DNA from: Antedon mediterranea
Lineage: Eukaryota; Animalia; Echinodermata
Direction of reading: 5' to 3'
Assembly (NCBI RefSeq): GCF_964355755.1
Contig: NC_092673.1
Coordinates: forward strand, 14,914,948-14,978,947
DNA length: 64,000 nucleotides
The translations under genes and the position numbers were made by a program. Positions 50,857 through 64,000 of this stretch are shown piece after piece. The notes beneath the pieces were generated by a model. The model searched no databases. It saw only the letters and a program-made list of their open reading frames with translations, and was not told the DNA's origin. Each line of letters begins with the position of its first letter. The first letter of the stretch is position 1.

Positions 50857-51748
50857 TCGCGCCGCGGCTCTAGCCAGCTATGTCCCAGGAGGACACATTC
50901 ATTAATAAGCTGTTTCATAGCGGTAGCTTTAGTATCTAAGGCTGACAGTTTTGTGAATTTGGAAACTCGACTATGATTTATAGGTAGCTGCTGGACCCAA
51001 AAAACGTCTGGGAGAAGAGAGTCTATATGAAAGCCTTGCTGATAATACAGTATTATTGAGATGTAGACGGAAATCTGTGAAATCTTGTTCAATAAATAAT
51101 AACTTCGTTTTTGCTGTCAACCAGGCCGGTATATAATAAGTCACTGTCAAACAATCATTCGATAATGGTCAAAACTTTATTTTGGCTCTGTCAACATAAA
51201 GGGATGTATTTACAATGACTTTCTTTTGACTGTCAATCTAGGCCAATGTTATAATAATACGCCGTCAGATATTAAATCATTGAAACAGTCCTGGTAAATT
51301 TTTTTTTGGTTATCAGATGCCGTGGGGGGCTCAATCAATTATCGTCAGAAGGTGAAAAATCAGTCTAGGTAGCAGCAGCAGATTATTAGTATAGGAACGC
51401 CTGCTCCATTAATTAATCCAGAAAAAGGTTTGTACATTATTTATTTGTTTATTAGCCTTCTCCTAACACAATTATATTTTCTTTAAAAAAAGGTTTTATA
51501 AGTGGTTTCAACATTTATGATAGTAATGTCACAGTTCTGTGTCTGGACGCAAGTTCATAGACCTACTAGTTATATTATTCATATTAACTGATACTTACTC
51601 TTCATTTACCGTAAAGTTCAGTTTTAATGAAATATATAATATAAATTGGCTTCGTAACAATTAATTAGTGTTGAAAAGGTTAGTTTTTTTGTGATAGGTG
51701 AAAATGACATGTAACTTCGTAATTAATTTATTTTTTTTTGTATAAAAA

Positions 51749-52105
51749 GGCCCAATTACACTATGACGATAACGACGGACTATAAATATATAGCATGCAT
51801 TTTTTTTACATAAACCAAAAGAAAATAGAAAGGTTTTCGTTCTAGACCTATAGGATAATCATTTATGCTGTCTTTGATAAAAATAATGTTTTTCAAATTC
51901 CAATCAAATGACGTCATGATAAATAAAAACAATAAAATCGCTGTATTGTCACGATATTATTGGTGAAATGACATGACGTCATTTGATTGGACGTGTGAAA
52001 ATATAATTTTCATCAAAGGAATTGTTTATATTTCTTTTGGTTTATGTATTAAAAATGCACATTTGTCTATTTATCGTCGATCGTTATCGTCCTAGTGTAT
52101 GGGCC
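51749..52105. mobile_element. Foldback MITE (PIF/Harbinger-like termini)
   Basis: GGCCCAATTACACTATGACGATAACGA...TCGTTATCGTCCTAGTGTATGGGCC; inverted symmetry extends to the centre (tccaatcaaatgacgtcatg / catgacgtcatttgattgga). Confidence 0.75.
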
Positions 52106-52341
52106 TTATGCTGTAAATGTTCAATTAATTGATCATTCCGATTTTATTAGTTGGACTCTTGCACAGTTGCAGTCTAATCGTTGTTGTGTAATATCATTTC
52201 GAACCATATTAAAATCATAAAGAGATTCATATTCCTTAACATGTGGCTGTGCATGGAAGTCCGGTCTACAAAAACTCGGGGCCGGGATCATTGTTATTGG
52301 GCTTGAAAGTGTTGGTGAATTCATAATTATACTTAATATTA

Positions 52342-52347
<6 letters not shown>

Positions 52348-52425
<78 letters not shown>
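52348..52425. repeat. (TA)n microsatellite
   Basis: About 39 TA units. Confidence 0.97.
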
Positions 52426-52428
<3 letters not shown>

Positions 52429-52586
52429 CCAAAGGCAAATTACTGAGAAAAATGACAATGCTGTGGGTATCAGTGGCTGGATCTCAATGGAGATACAAAA
52501 ATAAAAAGCGAAAAGCTAAATCAAAACGATAAAGTAAACAGCCAGAAATGTTAGCAGAGCTTTCGGGCAACACTAGCCCTTCATCA
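52426..52586 (-). mobile_element. Penelope-like element fragment with a truncated minimal hammerhead ribozyme, embedded in (TA)n
   Basis: Minus strand TGATGA-AGGGC-TAGTGTT-GCCC-GAAA-GCTC; flanked on both sides by TA repeats. Confidence 0.55.
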
Positions 52587-53529
52587 TATATATATATATA
52601 TATATATAATTATATTATTATACAATTGAAAGCAAAACCCGTTGAATCTCAAATCATTAGGACTAGAAATTTGGCTTATCAATCAAATAAATACTTTCGT
52701 TCAAAATGAAACTCCAACCTCTCTAATCAAAAGATTGAACTCGAAAACGGACCGTTTTTTTTAATTGGGTATGTTGAAACATTTCAATATTCATTTAAAA
52801 AAGTACATTAATTGTGGTATTGATCAGTGGCTATAGAGGCGTAAAAACCCTCAGTCAATATCATGTAAAATGCACTGTGGAAAGGTCATTATTAAGACTG
52901 CAAAATTGGGCTTATCAACAAATAAATACTTTCGTTCAAAATATAAAATCAAGGCTGAAAAATTGGGCTTATCAACAACAAAATATTTTATTATTAGACG
53001 CGATAACATCAAGGATAATCAGTATAATAATTATTAATATAGCCACTGTTACTAGTTTTATTCTACATGCTAAAGTAAATAAAAATCCACTAGAAAACAA
53101 ACAAGTCTGAATGTTATGCTTATTAGCCATGTTATGTTTGTTACTGTAGGCCTATGATTGTTTGCAATGTCCACATATTATTTCCATGGGCATATCCATA
53201 GTGTATCACTCACAAAAAAAGACGTGTGAGGTTCTTTCTTTAGATTTTGAAAAATGATTTGTGTTACAGGTTGACATGAGTCAAATGCTCCAGATATCGG
53301 CTAACGCCATGGGACCCTTGGCTTATCAATGAATAATAAATACAGTACTACTTTCGTTCAATTGAAATCGGAATCTGACCGTTTCATTAAATTGGGTGTG
53401 ATTAGGCCTAAACATATAATAATCTATTAAAAAGGTACAATAAAAACAAATGCATCAGAGGCGTAAAGAACCCACGGTCAATATCATGTAAAATTTATAT
53501 GGTATAAGCACTGTGGAAGGGGTCATTAT

Positions 53530-53755
53530 TATTAAACTGGAAATTCGGCTTATCAACAAATATATCTTTCGTTTAAAATGTAAAATAAGACTGCAAAATT
53601 GGGCTTATCAACAAATAAATACTTTCGTTCAAAATGTAAATAAGACTGCACAATTGGGCTTATCAACAAATAAAATACTTTTTTTTTCAAAATGTAAAAT
53701 TAAGACTGGAAAATTGGGCTTATAAACAAATAAATACTTTTTTTCAAAATGTAAG
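53530..53755. repeat. ~57-bp minisatellite (about 4 copies; dispersed copies at ~52660, ~52890-52985, ~53320)
   Basis: taagactgcaaaattgggcttatcaacaaataaatactttcgttcaaaatgtaaa unit. Confidence 0.85.
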
Positions 53756-53781
53756 AAAACATTTTTTAAATATAATCCTTA

Positions 53782-53927
53782 AGCTCTGTCTATACTATCA
53801 AACTAAATATGATGTGCCCATATTATATAGACATGACGATGTCCACTACGATATTCGGGCATATCACTACCATATTTGGGCACATCATACTTTTTTTGTT
53901 AAACTAGTTGGGACAGTGTAGACAGAG
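53782..53927. mobile_element. Short degenerate MITE
   Basis: Imperfect TIRs CTCTGTCTATACTATCAAACTA / TAGTTGGGACAGTGTAGACAGAG; internal inverted tgatgtgccca / tgggcacatca. Confidence 0.6.
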
Positions 53928-54494
53928 AACTATGTGATCGAAACATAAGTCGGAATTGGACTGACGCGATTGATTTAATTGGGTATTTTTATTAATGTAA
54001 TGATTCATTAAAAACTATAATACCGATAAGCGTTTGGTATTGATCAATGGTGCAAAAAACCCTGAGAAATAATGGTATAACGCGATTTGGTGATAGCTTA
54101 GCAATAATAAAACCCATATACTATTATTATAAATACCTATTACAAATCCATTCATATAACTTTTCATCGCGAACCGAAAAAATGTATAAATGTTATTCTA
54201 CAGACAGTAATTATACTGTATATTCAAAAGCCATATTATTATTATTATCAATACCTAAATGCGATAGTAATAACCACATAAACATAAATTATTCCCAATA
54301 CAAGTTTGTGCGTTTAATTCTAGAAAGAAACGACTGTGCTGACAGGCCAATGACATAAATCACAAGTAAAGTCCCAATTGTTCACTTGCGTTTTGATTGG
54401 CCGACCTATTATATTATATTAAATTAATGAAGACTGTTCTTACAACTGTCCAGTCAAAAAGTTACGCGGCGTTTTTTGTAAGAAATATTTCTTG

Positions 54495-57400
54495 TTTAGA
54501 TTTTAAACTACTGTATGTATTTGATCGTAACAATACTGGTGACAATATGAAGATTAATAAAATATCTACTGGTTTCGTGCAATTGTATAGAAGGGGAAAT
54601 AGCTCAGATGGTAGAGCGCTCGCTTTGCATGTGAGAGGTACCGGGAACAATGCCCGGGTTCTCTAATAATGTTGGTTAAAGGTTATTTCCGGTTTTGTTA
54701 CATTTCTTGCTGAGATTTTTAACTACTATATATATTGTATCGCAAAAAAACTGGTGACAATATGAAGATTAATAAAATATCTACTGGTTTCGTGCAATTG
54801 TATATATTGGGAGCTAGCTCAGATGGTAGAGCGCGCGCTTCGCATTTGAGAGGTACCGGGATCAATGCCCGGGTTCTCCAATAATGTTGGTTAAAGTTTA
54901 TTATCGGTACCGTTACATTTTTTTGATGAGATTTTTAACTAATGTATATATTTCATCGTAATAATACTGGTGACAATAAGAACAGTAACAAAATAGCTAC
55001 TGGATTCGTGTAAGTGTATAGATTGGGAACTAGCTCAGATGGGAGAGCGCTCGCTTTGCATGTGAGAGGTACCAGGATCAATGCCCGGGTTCGCCAATAA
55101 TGTTGGTTAAAGTTTATTTCCGGTAATGTTACATTTTTGCCTCAGATTTTTAACTACTATATATATTTTATCGCAACAATACTGGTGAAAATATGAACAG
55201 TAATAAAATAGTTACTGGTTTCTTGTAATTCTACATACGGGGAACTAGCTCAGACGGTAGAGCGTTCGCTTAGCATATGAGAGGTACCGTGATGAATGCC
55301 CGGGTTCTCCAATAACGTTGGTTAAACTTTATTTCCGGTACTGTTACATTTTTTGAGATTTTAAACTACTGTATATATTTTATCTCAAAAATACTGGTGA
55401 CAATATGAAGATTAATAAAATATCTACTGGTTTCGTGCAATTGTATATATGGGGAACTAGCTCAGATGGTAGAGCGCTCGCTTCGCATGTGAGAGGTACC
55501 GGGATCAATGCCCGGGTTCTCCAATAATATATTGGTTAAAGTTTATTATCGGTACCGTTACATTTTTTTGATGAGATTTTTAACTAATGTATATATTTCA
55601 TCGTAATAATACTGGTGACAATATGAACAGTAATAAAATAGTTACTGGTTTCTTGTAATTCTACATACGTGGAACTAGCTCACACGGTAGAGCGCTCGCT
55701 TAGCATGTGAGAGGTACCGGGATCAATGCTCAGGTTCTCCAATAATGTTGGTTAAAGTTTATTTCCGGTACTGTTACATTTTTTTAGATTTTAAACTACT
55801 GTATGTATTTGATCGTAACAATACTGGTGACAATATGAAGATTAATAAAATATCTACTGGTTTCGTGCAATTGTATAGAAGGGGAAATAGCTCAGATGGT
55901 AGAGTGCTCACTTTGCATGTGAGAGGTACCGGGATCAATGCCCGGGTTCTCTAATAATGTTGGTTAAAGGTTATTTCCGGTTTTGTTACATTTCTTGCTG
56001 AGATTTTTAACTACTATATATATTGTATCGCAAAAAAACTGGTGACAATATGAAGATTAATAAAATATCTACTGGTTTCGTGCAATTGTATATATTGGGA
56101 GCTAGCTCAGATGGTAGAGCGCGCGCTTCGCATTTGAGAGGTACCGGGATCAATGCACGGGTTCTCCAATAATGTTGGTTAAAGTTTATTACCGGTACTG
56201 TTACATTTTTTTTATGAGATTTTTAACTAATGTATATATTTCATCGCAACAAAACTGGTGACAATATGAACAGTAACAAAATAGCTACTGGATTCGTGTA
56301 AGTGTATAGATGGGGAACTAGCTCAGATGGGAGAGCGCTCGCTTTGCATGTGAGAGGTACCAGGATCAATGCCCGGGTTCACCAATAATGTTGATTAAAG
56401 TTTATTTCCGGTAATGTTACATTTTTGCCTCAGATTTTTAACTACTATATATATTTTATCGCAACAATACTGGTGGAAATATGAACAGTAATAAAATAGT
56501 TACTGGTTTCTTGTAATTCTACATACGGGGAACTAGCTCAGACTGTAGAGCGTTCGCTTAGCATGTGAGAGGTACCGTGATCAATGCCCGGGTTCTCCAA
56601 TAACGTTGGTTAAAGTTTATTTCCCGGTACCGTTACATTTTTTGAGATTTTAAACTACTGTATATATTTTATCTCAAAAATACTGGTGACAATATGAAGA
56701 TTAATAAAATAGTTACTGGTTTCGTGCAATTGTATATATGGGGAAATAGCTCAGATGTTAGAGCGCTCGCTTCGCATGTGAGAGGTACCGGGATCAATGC
56801 CCGGGTTCTCCAATAATATATTGGTTAAAGTTTATTATCGGTACCGTTACATTTTTTTGATGAGATTTTTAACTAATGTATATATTTCATCGTAATAATA
56901 CTGGTGACAATATGAACAGTAATAAAATAGTTACTGGTTTCTTGTAATTCTACATACGTGGAACTAGCTCACACGGTAGAGCGCTCGCTTAGCATGTGAG
57001 AGGTACGGGGAACAATGCCCGTGTTCTCCAATAATGTTGGTTAAAGTTTATTTCCGGTATTGTTACATTCTTGGCTTAGATTTTTAACTACTATATATAT
57101 TTTATCACAACAATACTGGTGACAATATGAAGATTAATCAAATATCTTCTGGTTTTGTGCAGTATTGTATATATGGGAAACTAGCTCAGATGGTAGAGCG
57201 CTCGCTTAGCATGCATGTGAGAGGTACCGGGATCAATGCTCAGGTTCTCCAATAATGTTGGTTAAAGTTTATTTCCGGTACTGTTACATTTTTTTAGATG
57301 TTAAACTACTGTATGTATTTGATCGTAACAATACTGGTGACAATATGAAGATTAATAAAATATCTACTGGTTTCGTGCAATTGTATATATGGGGAAGTAG

Positions 57401-60400
57401 CTCAGATGGTAGAGCGCTCGCTTTGCATGTGAGAGGTACCGGGATCAATGCCCGGGTTCTCCAATAATGTTGGTTAAAGTTTATTTCCGGTATTGTTACA
57501 TTTCTTGCTGAGATTTCTAACTACTATATATATTTTATCGCAAAAAAACTGGTGACAATATGAACAGTAACAAAATAGCTACTGGATTCGTGTAATTGTA
57601 TAGATGTGGAACTAGCTCAGATGGTAGAGCACTCGCTTCGCATTTGAGAGGTACCGGGATCAATGCCCGAGTTCTCCAATAATGTTGGTTAAAGTTTATT
57701 ATCGGTACCGTTACATTTTTTTGTTGAGATTTTTAACTAATGTATATATCTCATCGTAATAATACTGGTGACAATATGAACAGTAAGAAAATAGCTACTG
57801 GATTCGTGTGATTGTATAGATGGGGAACTAGCTCAGATGGTAGAGCGCTCGCTTAGCATGTGAGAGGTACCGGGATCAATGCCCGGGTTCTCCAATAATG
57901 TTGGTTAAAGTTTATTTCCGGTACTGTCACATTTTTGGACATTTTAAGCTACTGTATATATTTTATCGCGACAATACTGGTGACAATATGAAGATTAATA
58001 AAATATCTACTGGTTTCGTGCAATTGTAACTATGGGGAACTAGCTCAGATGGTAGAGCGGTCGTTTCGCATGTGAGAGGTACCGGGATAAATGCCCGAGT
58101 TCGCCAATAATGTTGGTAAAAGTTTATTATCGGTCCGTTACATTTTTTTGATGAGATTTTTAACTAATGTATATATTTCATCGTAATAATACTTGTGACA
58201 ATATGAACAGTAACAAAATAGCTACTGGATTCGTGTAATTGTATAGATGGGGAACTAGCTCAGGTGGTAGAGCGCTCACTTCGCATTTGAGAGGTACCGG
58301 GATAAATGCCCGGGTTCTCCAATAATATTGGTTAAAGTTTATTATCGTTACCGTTACATTTTTTTGATGAGATTTTTAACTAATGTATATATTTCATCGT
58401 CATAATACTGGTGACAATATGAACAGTAACAAAATAGCTACAGGATTCGTGTAATTGTATAGATGGGGAACTAGCTCAGATGGTAGAGCGCTCGCTTTGC
58501 ATGTGAGAGGTACCGGGATCAATGCCCGGGTTCTCCAATAATGTTGGTTAAAGTTTATTACCGGTACTGTTATATTTATTTTATGAGATTTTTAACTACT
58601 ATATATATTTTATCGCATCAATACTGGTGACAATATGAAGATTAATAAAATATCTACTGGTTTCGTGCAATTGTATATATGGGGAACTAGCTCAGATGGT
58701 AGAGCGCTCGCCTTGCATGTGAGAGGTACCGGGATCAATGCCCGGGTTCTCCAATAATGTTGGTTAAAGTTTATTACCGGTACTGTTACATTTTTTTGGT
58801 GAGATTTTTAACTAATGTATATATTTCATTGTAATAATACTGGTTACAATATAAACAGTAACAAAAAAGCTACTGGATTCGTGTAATTGTATAGATGGGG
58901 AACTAGCTCAGATGGTAGAGCGCTCGCTTTGCATGTGAGAGGTACCGGGATCAATGCCCGGGTTCTCCAGTAATGTTGGTTAAAGTTTATTATCGTTACC
59001 GTTACATTTTTTTGATGAGATTTTTAACTATTGTATTTATTTCATCGTAATAATACTGGTGACAATATGAACAGTAACAAAATAGCTACTGGATTCGTGT
59101 AATTGTATAGATGGGGAACTAGCTCAGATGGTAGAGCGCTCACTTCGCATTTGAGAGGTACCGGGATAAATGCCCGGGTTCTCCAATAATATTGGTTAAA
59201 GTTTATTATCGTTACCGTTACATTTTTTTGATGAGATTTTTAACTAATGTATATATTTCATCGTCATAATACTGGTGAAAATATGAACAGTAACAAAATA
59301 GCTACAGGATTCGTGTAATTGTATAGATGGGGAACTAGCTCAGATGGTAGAGCGCTCGCTTTGCATGTGAGAGGTACCGGGATCAATGCCCGGGTTCTCC
59401 AATAATGTTGGTTAAAGTTTATTACCGGTACTGTTACATTTTTTTTTATGAGATTTTTAACTACTATATATATTTTATCGCAACAATACTGGTGACAATA
59501 TGAAAAATAACAAAAAAGCTACTGGATTCGTGTAATTGTTTAGATGGGGAACTAGCTCAGATGGTAGAGCGCTCGCTTAGCATGTGAGATGTACCGGGTT
59601 CTCCAATAATGTTGGTTAAAGTTTATTTCCGGTACTGTCAAATTTTTTGAGATTTTAAACTATACTGTATATATTTTATCGCATCAATACTGGTGACAAT
59701 ATGAAGATTAATAAAATATCTACTGGTTTCGTGCAATTGTAACTATGGGGAACTAGCTCAGATGGTAGAGCGGTCGTTTTGCATGTGAGAGGTACCGGGG
59801 ATAAATGCCCGAGTTCGCCAATAATGTTGGTAAAAGTTTATTATCGGTCCGTTACATTTTTTTGATGAGATTTTTAACTAATGTATATATTTCATCGTAA
59901 TAATACTGGTGACAATATGAACAGTAACAAAATAGCTACTGGATTTGTGTAATTGTATAGATGGGGAACTAGCTCCGATGGTAGAGCGCTCGCTTTGCAT
60001 GTGGGAGGTACCTGGATCAATGCCCGGGTTCTCCAATAATGTTGGTTAAAGTTTATTTCCGGTATTGTTACATTTCTTGCTGAGATTTTTAACTACTATA
60101 TATATTTTATCGCATCAATACTGGTGACAATATGAAGATTAATAAAATATCTACTGGTTTCGTGCAATTGTAACTATGGGGAACTAGCTCAGATGGTAGA
60201 GCGGTCGTTTTGCATGTGAGAGGTACCGGGGATAAATGCCCGAGTTCGCCAATAATGTTGGTAAAAGTTTATTATCGGTCCGTTACATTTTTTTGATGAG
60301 ATTTTTAACTAATGTATATATTTCATCGTAATAATACTGGTGACAATATGAACAGTAACAAAATAGCTACTGGATTTGTGTAATTGTATAGATGGGGAAC

Positions 60401-63400
60401 TAGCTCCGATGGTAGAGCGCTCGCTTTGCATGTGGGAGGTACCGGGATCAATGCCCGGGTTTTCCAATAATGTTGGTTAAAGTTTATTTCCGGTACTGGA
60501 AAATTGTTTGAGATTTTCCAGATGGTAGAGCGCTCGCTTTGCATGTGAGAGGTACCGCGATCAATGCCCGGGTTCTCCAATAATGTTGGTTAAAGTTTAT
60601 TTATATTGTTACATTTCTTGCTGAGGTTTTTAACTACTATATATATTTTATCTCAAAAATACTGGTGACAATATGAACTGTCACATTTTTTGGATGAGAT
60701 TTTTAACTACTATATATATTTTATCGCAACAATACTGGTGACAATATGAACAGTAACAAAATAGCTACTGGATTCGTGTACAGTAATTGTATAGATGGGG
60801 AACTAGCTCAGATGGTAGAGCACTCGCTTAGCATGTGAGAGGTACCGGGATCAATGCCCGGGTTCTCCAGTTATGTTGGTTAAAGTTTATTATCGTTACC
60901 GTTACATTTTTTTGATGAGATTTTTAACTAATGTATATATTTCATCGTAATAATACTGGTGACAATATGAACAGTAACAAAATAGCTACTGGATTCGTGT
61001 AATTGTATAGATGGGAAACTAGCTCATATGGTAGAGCGCTCGCTTTGCATGTGAGAGGTACCGGGATCAATGACCGGGTTCTCCAATAATGTTGGTTAAA
61101 GTTTATTTCCGGTAATGTTACATTTTTGCCTGAGATTTTTAACTACTATATATATTTTATCGCAACAATACTGGTGAAAATATGAAAAGTAATAAATAGT
61201 TACTGGTTTCTTGTAATTGTACATACGGGGAACTAGCTCAGACGGTAGGGCGTTCGCTTAGCATATGAGAGGTACCGTGATCAATGCCCGGGTTCTCCAA
61301 TAACGTTGGTTAAAGTTTATTTCCGGTACTGTTACATTTTTTGAGATTTTAAACTACTGTATATATTTCATTGCAACAATACTGGTGACAATATGAACAG
61401 CAAAAAAATAGCTCCTGGATTCGTGTAATTGTATAGATGGGGAACTAGCTCAGATGGTAGAGCGCTCGCTTCGCATGTGAGAGGTACCGGGATCAATGCC
61501 CGGGTTCTCCAATATGTTGGTTAAAGTTTATTATCGGTACCGTTACATTTTTTTGATGAGATTTTTAAATAATGTATATATTTCATCGTAATAATACTGG
61601 TGACAATATGAACAGTAATAAAATAGTTACTGGTTTCTTGTAATTCTACATACGGGGAACTAGCTCAGATGGTAGAGCGCTCGCTTAGCATATGTGAGAG
61701 GTACCGGGATCAATGCCCGTGTTCTCCAATAATGTTGGTTAAAGTTTATTTCCGGTATTGTTACATTTTTTTGATGAGATTTAACTACTAAATATATTTT
61801 ATCGCAAAAATACTGGTGACAATATGAACAGTAACAAAATAGCTACTGGATTCGTGTAATTGTATAGATGTGGAACTAGCTCAGATGGTAGAGCGCTCGC
61901 TTAGCACGTGAGAGGTACCGGGATCAATGCCCGGGTTCTCCAATAATGTTGGTAAAAGTTTATTATCGGTACCGTTACATTTTTTTGATGAGATTTTTAA
62001 CTAATGTATATATTTTATCGCATCAATGCTGGTGACAATATGAAGATTAATAAAATATCTACTGGATTCGTGTAATTGTATAGATGGGGAACTAGCTCAG
62101 ATGGTAGAGCGCTAACTTCGCATTTGAGAGGTACCGGGATAAATGCCCGGGTTCTCCAATAATGTTGGTTAAAGTTTATTTTCGTTATCGTTACATTTTT
62201 TTGATGAGATTTTTAACTAATGTATATATTTCATCGTAATAATACTGGTGACAATATGAACAGTAACAAAATAGCTACAGGATTCGTGTAATTGTATAGA
62301 TAGGGAACTAGCTCAGATGGTAGAGCGCTCGCTTTGCATGTGAGAGGTACCGAGATAAATGCCCGGGTTCTCCAATAATGTTGGTTAAAGTTTATTATCG
62401 TTACCGTTACATTTTTTTGATGAGATTTTTAACTAATGTATATATTTTATCGCATCAATACTGGTGACAATATGAAGATTAATAAAATATCTACTGGATT
62501 CGTGTAATTGTATAGATGGGGAACTAGCTCAGATGGTAGAGCGCTCGCTTAGCATGTGAGATAAACCGGGTTCTCCAATAATGTTGGTTAAAGTTTATTT
62601 CCGGTACTGTCAAATTTTTTGAGATTTTAAACTACTGTATATATTTTATCGCATCAATACTGGTGACAATATGAAGATTAATAAAATATCTACTGGTTTC
62701 GTGCATTTGTATATATGGGGAACTAGCTCAGATGGTAGAGCGCTCGCTTTGCATGTGAGAGGTACCGGGATCAATGCCCGGGTTCTCCAATAATGTTGGT
62801 TAAAGTTTATTACCGGTATTGTTACATTTTTGCCTGAGATTTTTAACTACTATATATATTTTATCGCAACAATACTGGTGAAAATATGAACAGTAATAAA
62901 ATAGTTACTGGTTTTTTGTAATTCTACATACGGGGAACTAGCTCAGACGGTAGAGCGTTCGCTTAGCATATGAGAGGTACCGTGATCATGAATGCCCGGG
63001 TTCTCCAATAACGTTGGTTAAAGTTTATTTCCGTTACTGTTACATTTTTTGAGATTTTTAACTACTGTATATATATTTCATCGCAACAATACTGGTGACA
63101 ATATGAACAGTAACAAAATAGCTACTGGATTCGTGTAATTGTATAGATGGTGAACTAGCTCAGATGGTAGAGCGCTCGCTTCGCATGTGAGAGGTACCGG
63201 GATCAATGCCCGGGTTCTCCAATAATGTGTTCGGTACTGTCAAATTTTTTGAGATTTTAAACTACTGTATATATTTTATCGCATCAATACTGGTGACAAT
63301 ATGAACAGTAACAAAATAGCTACTGGATTCGTGTAATTGTATAGATGGGGAACTAGCTCAGATGGTAGAGCGCTCGCTTCGCATTTGAGAGGTACCGGGA

Positions 63401-64000
63401 TCAATGCCCGGGTTCTCCAGTAATGTTGGTTAAAGTTTATTATCGTTACCGTTACATTTTTTTGATGAGATTTTTAACTAATGTATTTATTTCATCGTAA
63501 TAATACTGGTGACAATATGAACAGTAACAAAATAGCTACTGGATTCGTGTAATTGTATAGATGGGGAACTAGCTCAGATGGTAGAGCGCTCACTTCGCAT
63601 TTGAGAGGTACCGGGATAAATGCCCGGGTTCTCCAATAATATTGGTTAAAGTTTATTATCGTTACCGTTACATTTTTTTGATGAGATTTTTAACTAATGT
63701 ATATATTTCATCGTCATAATACTGGTGACAATATGAACAGTAACAAAATAGCTACAGGATTCGTGTAATTGTATAGATGGGGAACTAGCTCAGATGGTAG
63801 AGCGCTCGCTTTGCATGTGAGAGGTACCGGGATCAATGCCCGGGTTCTCCAATAATGTTGGTTAAAGTTTATTACCGGTACTGTTACATTTTTTTATGAG
63901 ATTTTTAACTACTATATATATTTTATCGCAACAATACTGGTGACAATATGAAAAATAACAAAATAGCTACTGGATTCGTGTAATTGTATAGATGGGGAAC
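54495..64000 (+). repeat. tRNA-Ala tandem array segment (~44 units), runs off the window end
   Basis: ~215-bp period; more diverged copies 54.5-58 kb; internal deletions near 60520, 60680, 63230. Confidence 0.95.

Larger units (their letters stand above)
50857..54494 (+). mobile_element. 3.6-kb HINE/Helentron-like insertion in the oligo-T terminator of a tRNA-Ala unit
   Basis: Flanks gttacatttt|tttagattttaaactactgtatg match the empty unit at ~55770; short subTIR CGCCGCG/CGCGGCG; 3' palindrome AAGAAAT-ATTTCTT then G-TTT; no TSD. Confidence 0.65.

Noticed and set aside
52133-52438. 101-aa ORF with YI repeats
   Set aside because: Reads through the (TA)n microsatellite
54397-60580. ORFs overlapping tRNA array units
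   Set aside because: Chance open frames through tRNA and spacer sequence
26827-64000. tRNA-derived SINE copies as the explanation of the array
   Set aside because: Full cloverleaf with Ala identity elements, strict tandem period, no tails or TSDs

Overview
AT-rich eukaryotic (animal, probably marine invertebrate; frequent TAGGCCTA motifs are suggestive of an echinoderm but not proof) repeat DNA with no intact protein-coding gene. The backbone is a tandem array of ~215-bp units, each carrying a tRNA-Ala gene or pseudogene (roughly 120 copies; anticodons TGC, AGC and CGC on one shared tRNA body). Five large insertions sit in the array spacers and none breaks a tRNA gene. (1) 197-26826 is a 26.6-kb cluster of non-autonomous Helentron/HINE-like (Helitron2-type) elements. 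It looks like a 1.5-kb satellite but is built by copies inserting into the 5' microsatellite region of earlier copies (Russian-doll nesting), with two related families and a TIR DNA transposon inside. (2, 3) Two different canonical TC...CTAG Helitrons are both inserted at the same A|T, one base upstream of a tRNA-Ala gene. (4) A 5'-truncated L1/Tx1-clade LINE is itself interrupted by a HINE carrying four tRNA-Val-derived sequences. (5) A 3.6-kb HINE-like element sits in the Pol III terminator T-run and contains MITEs, a minisatellite and a Penelope-like hammerhead fragment.
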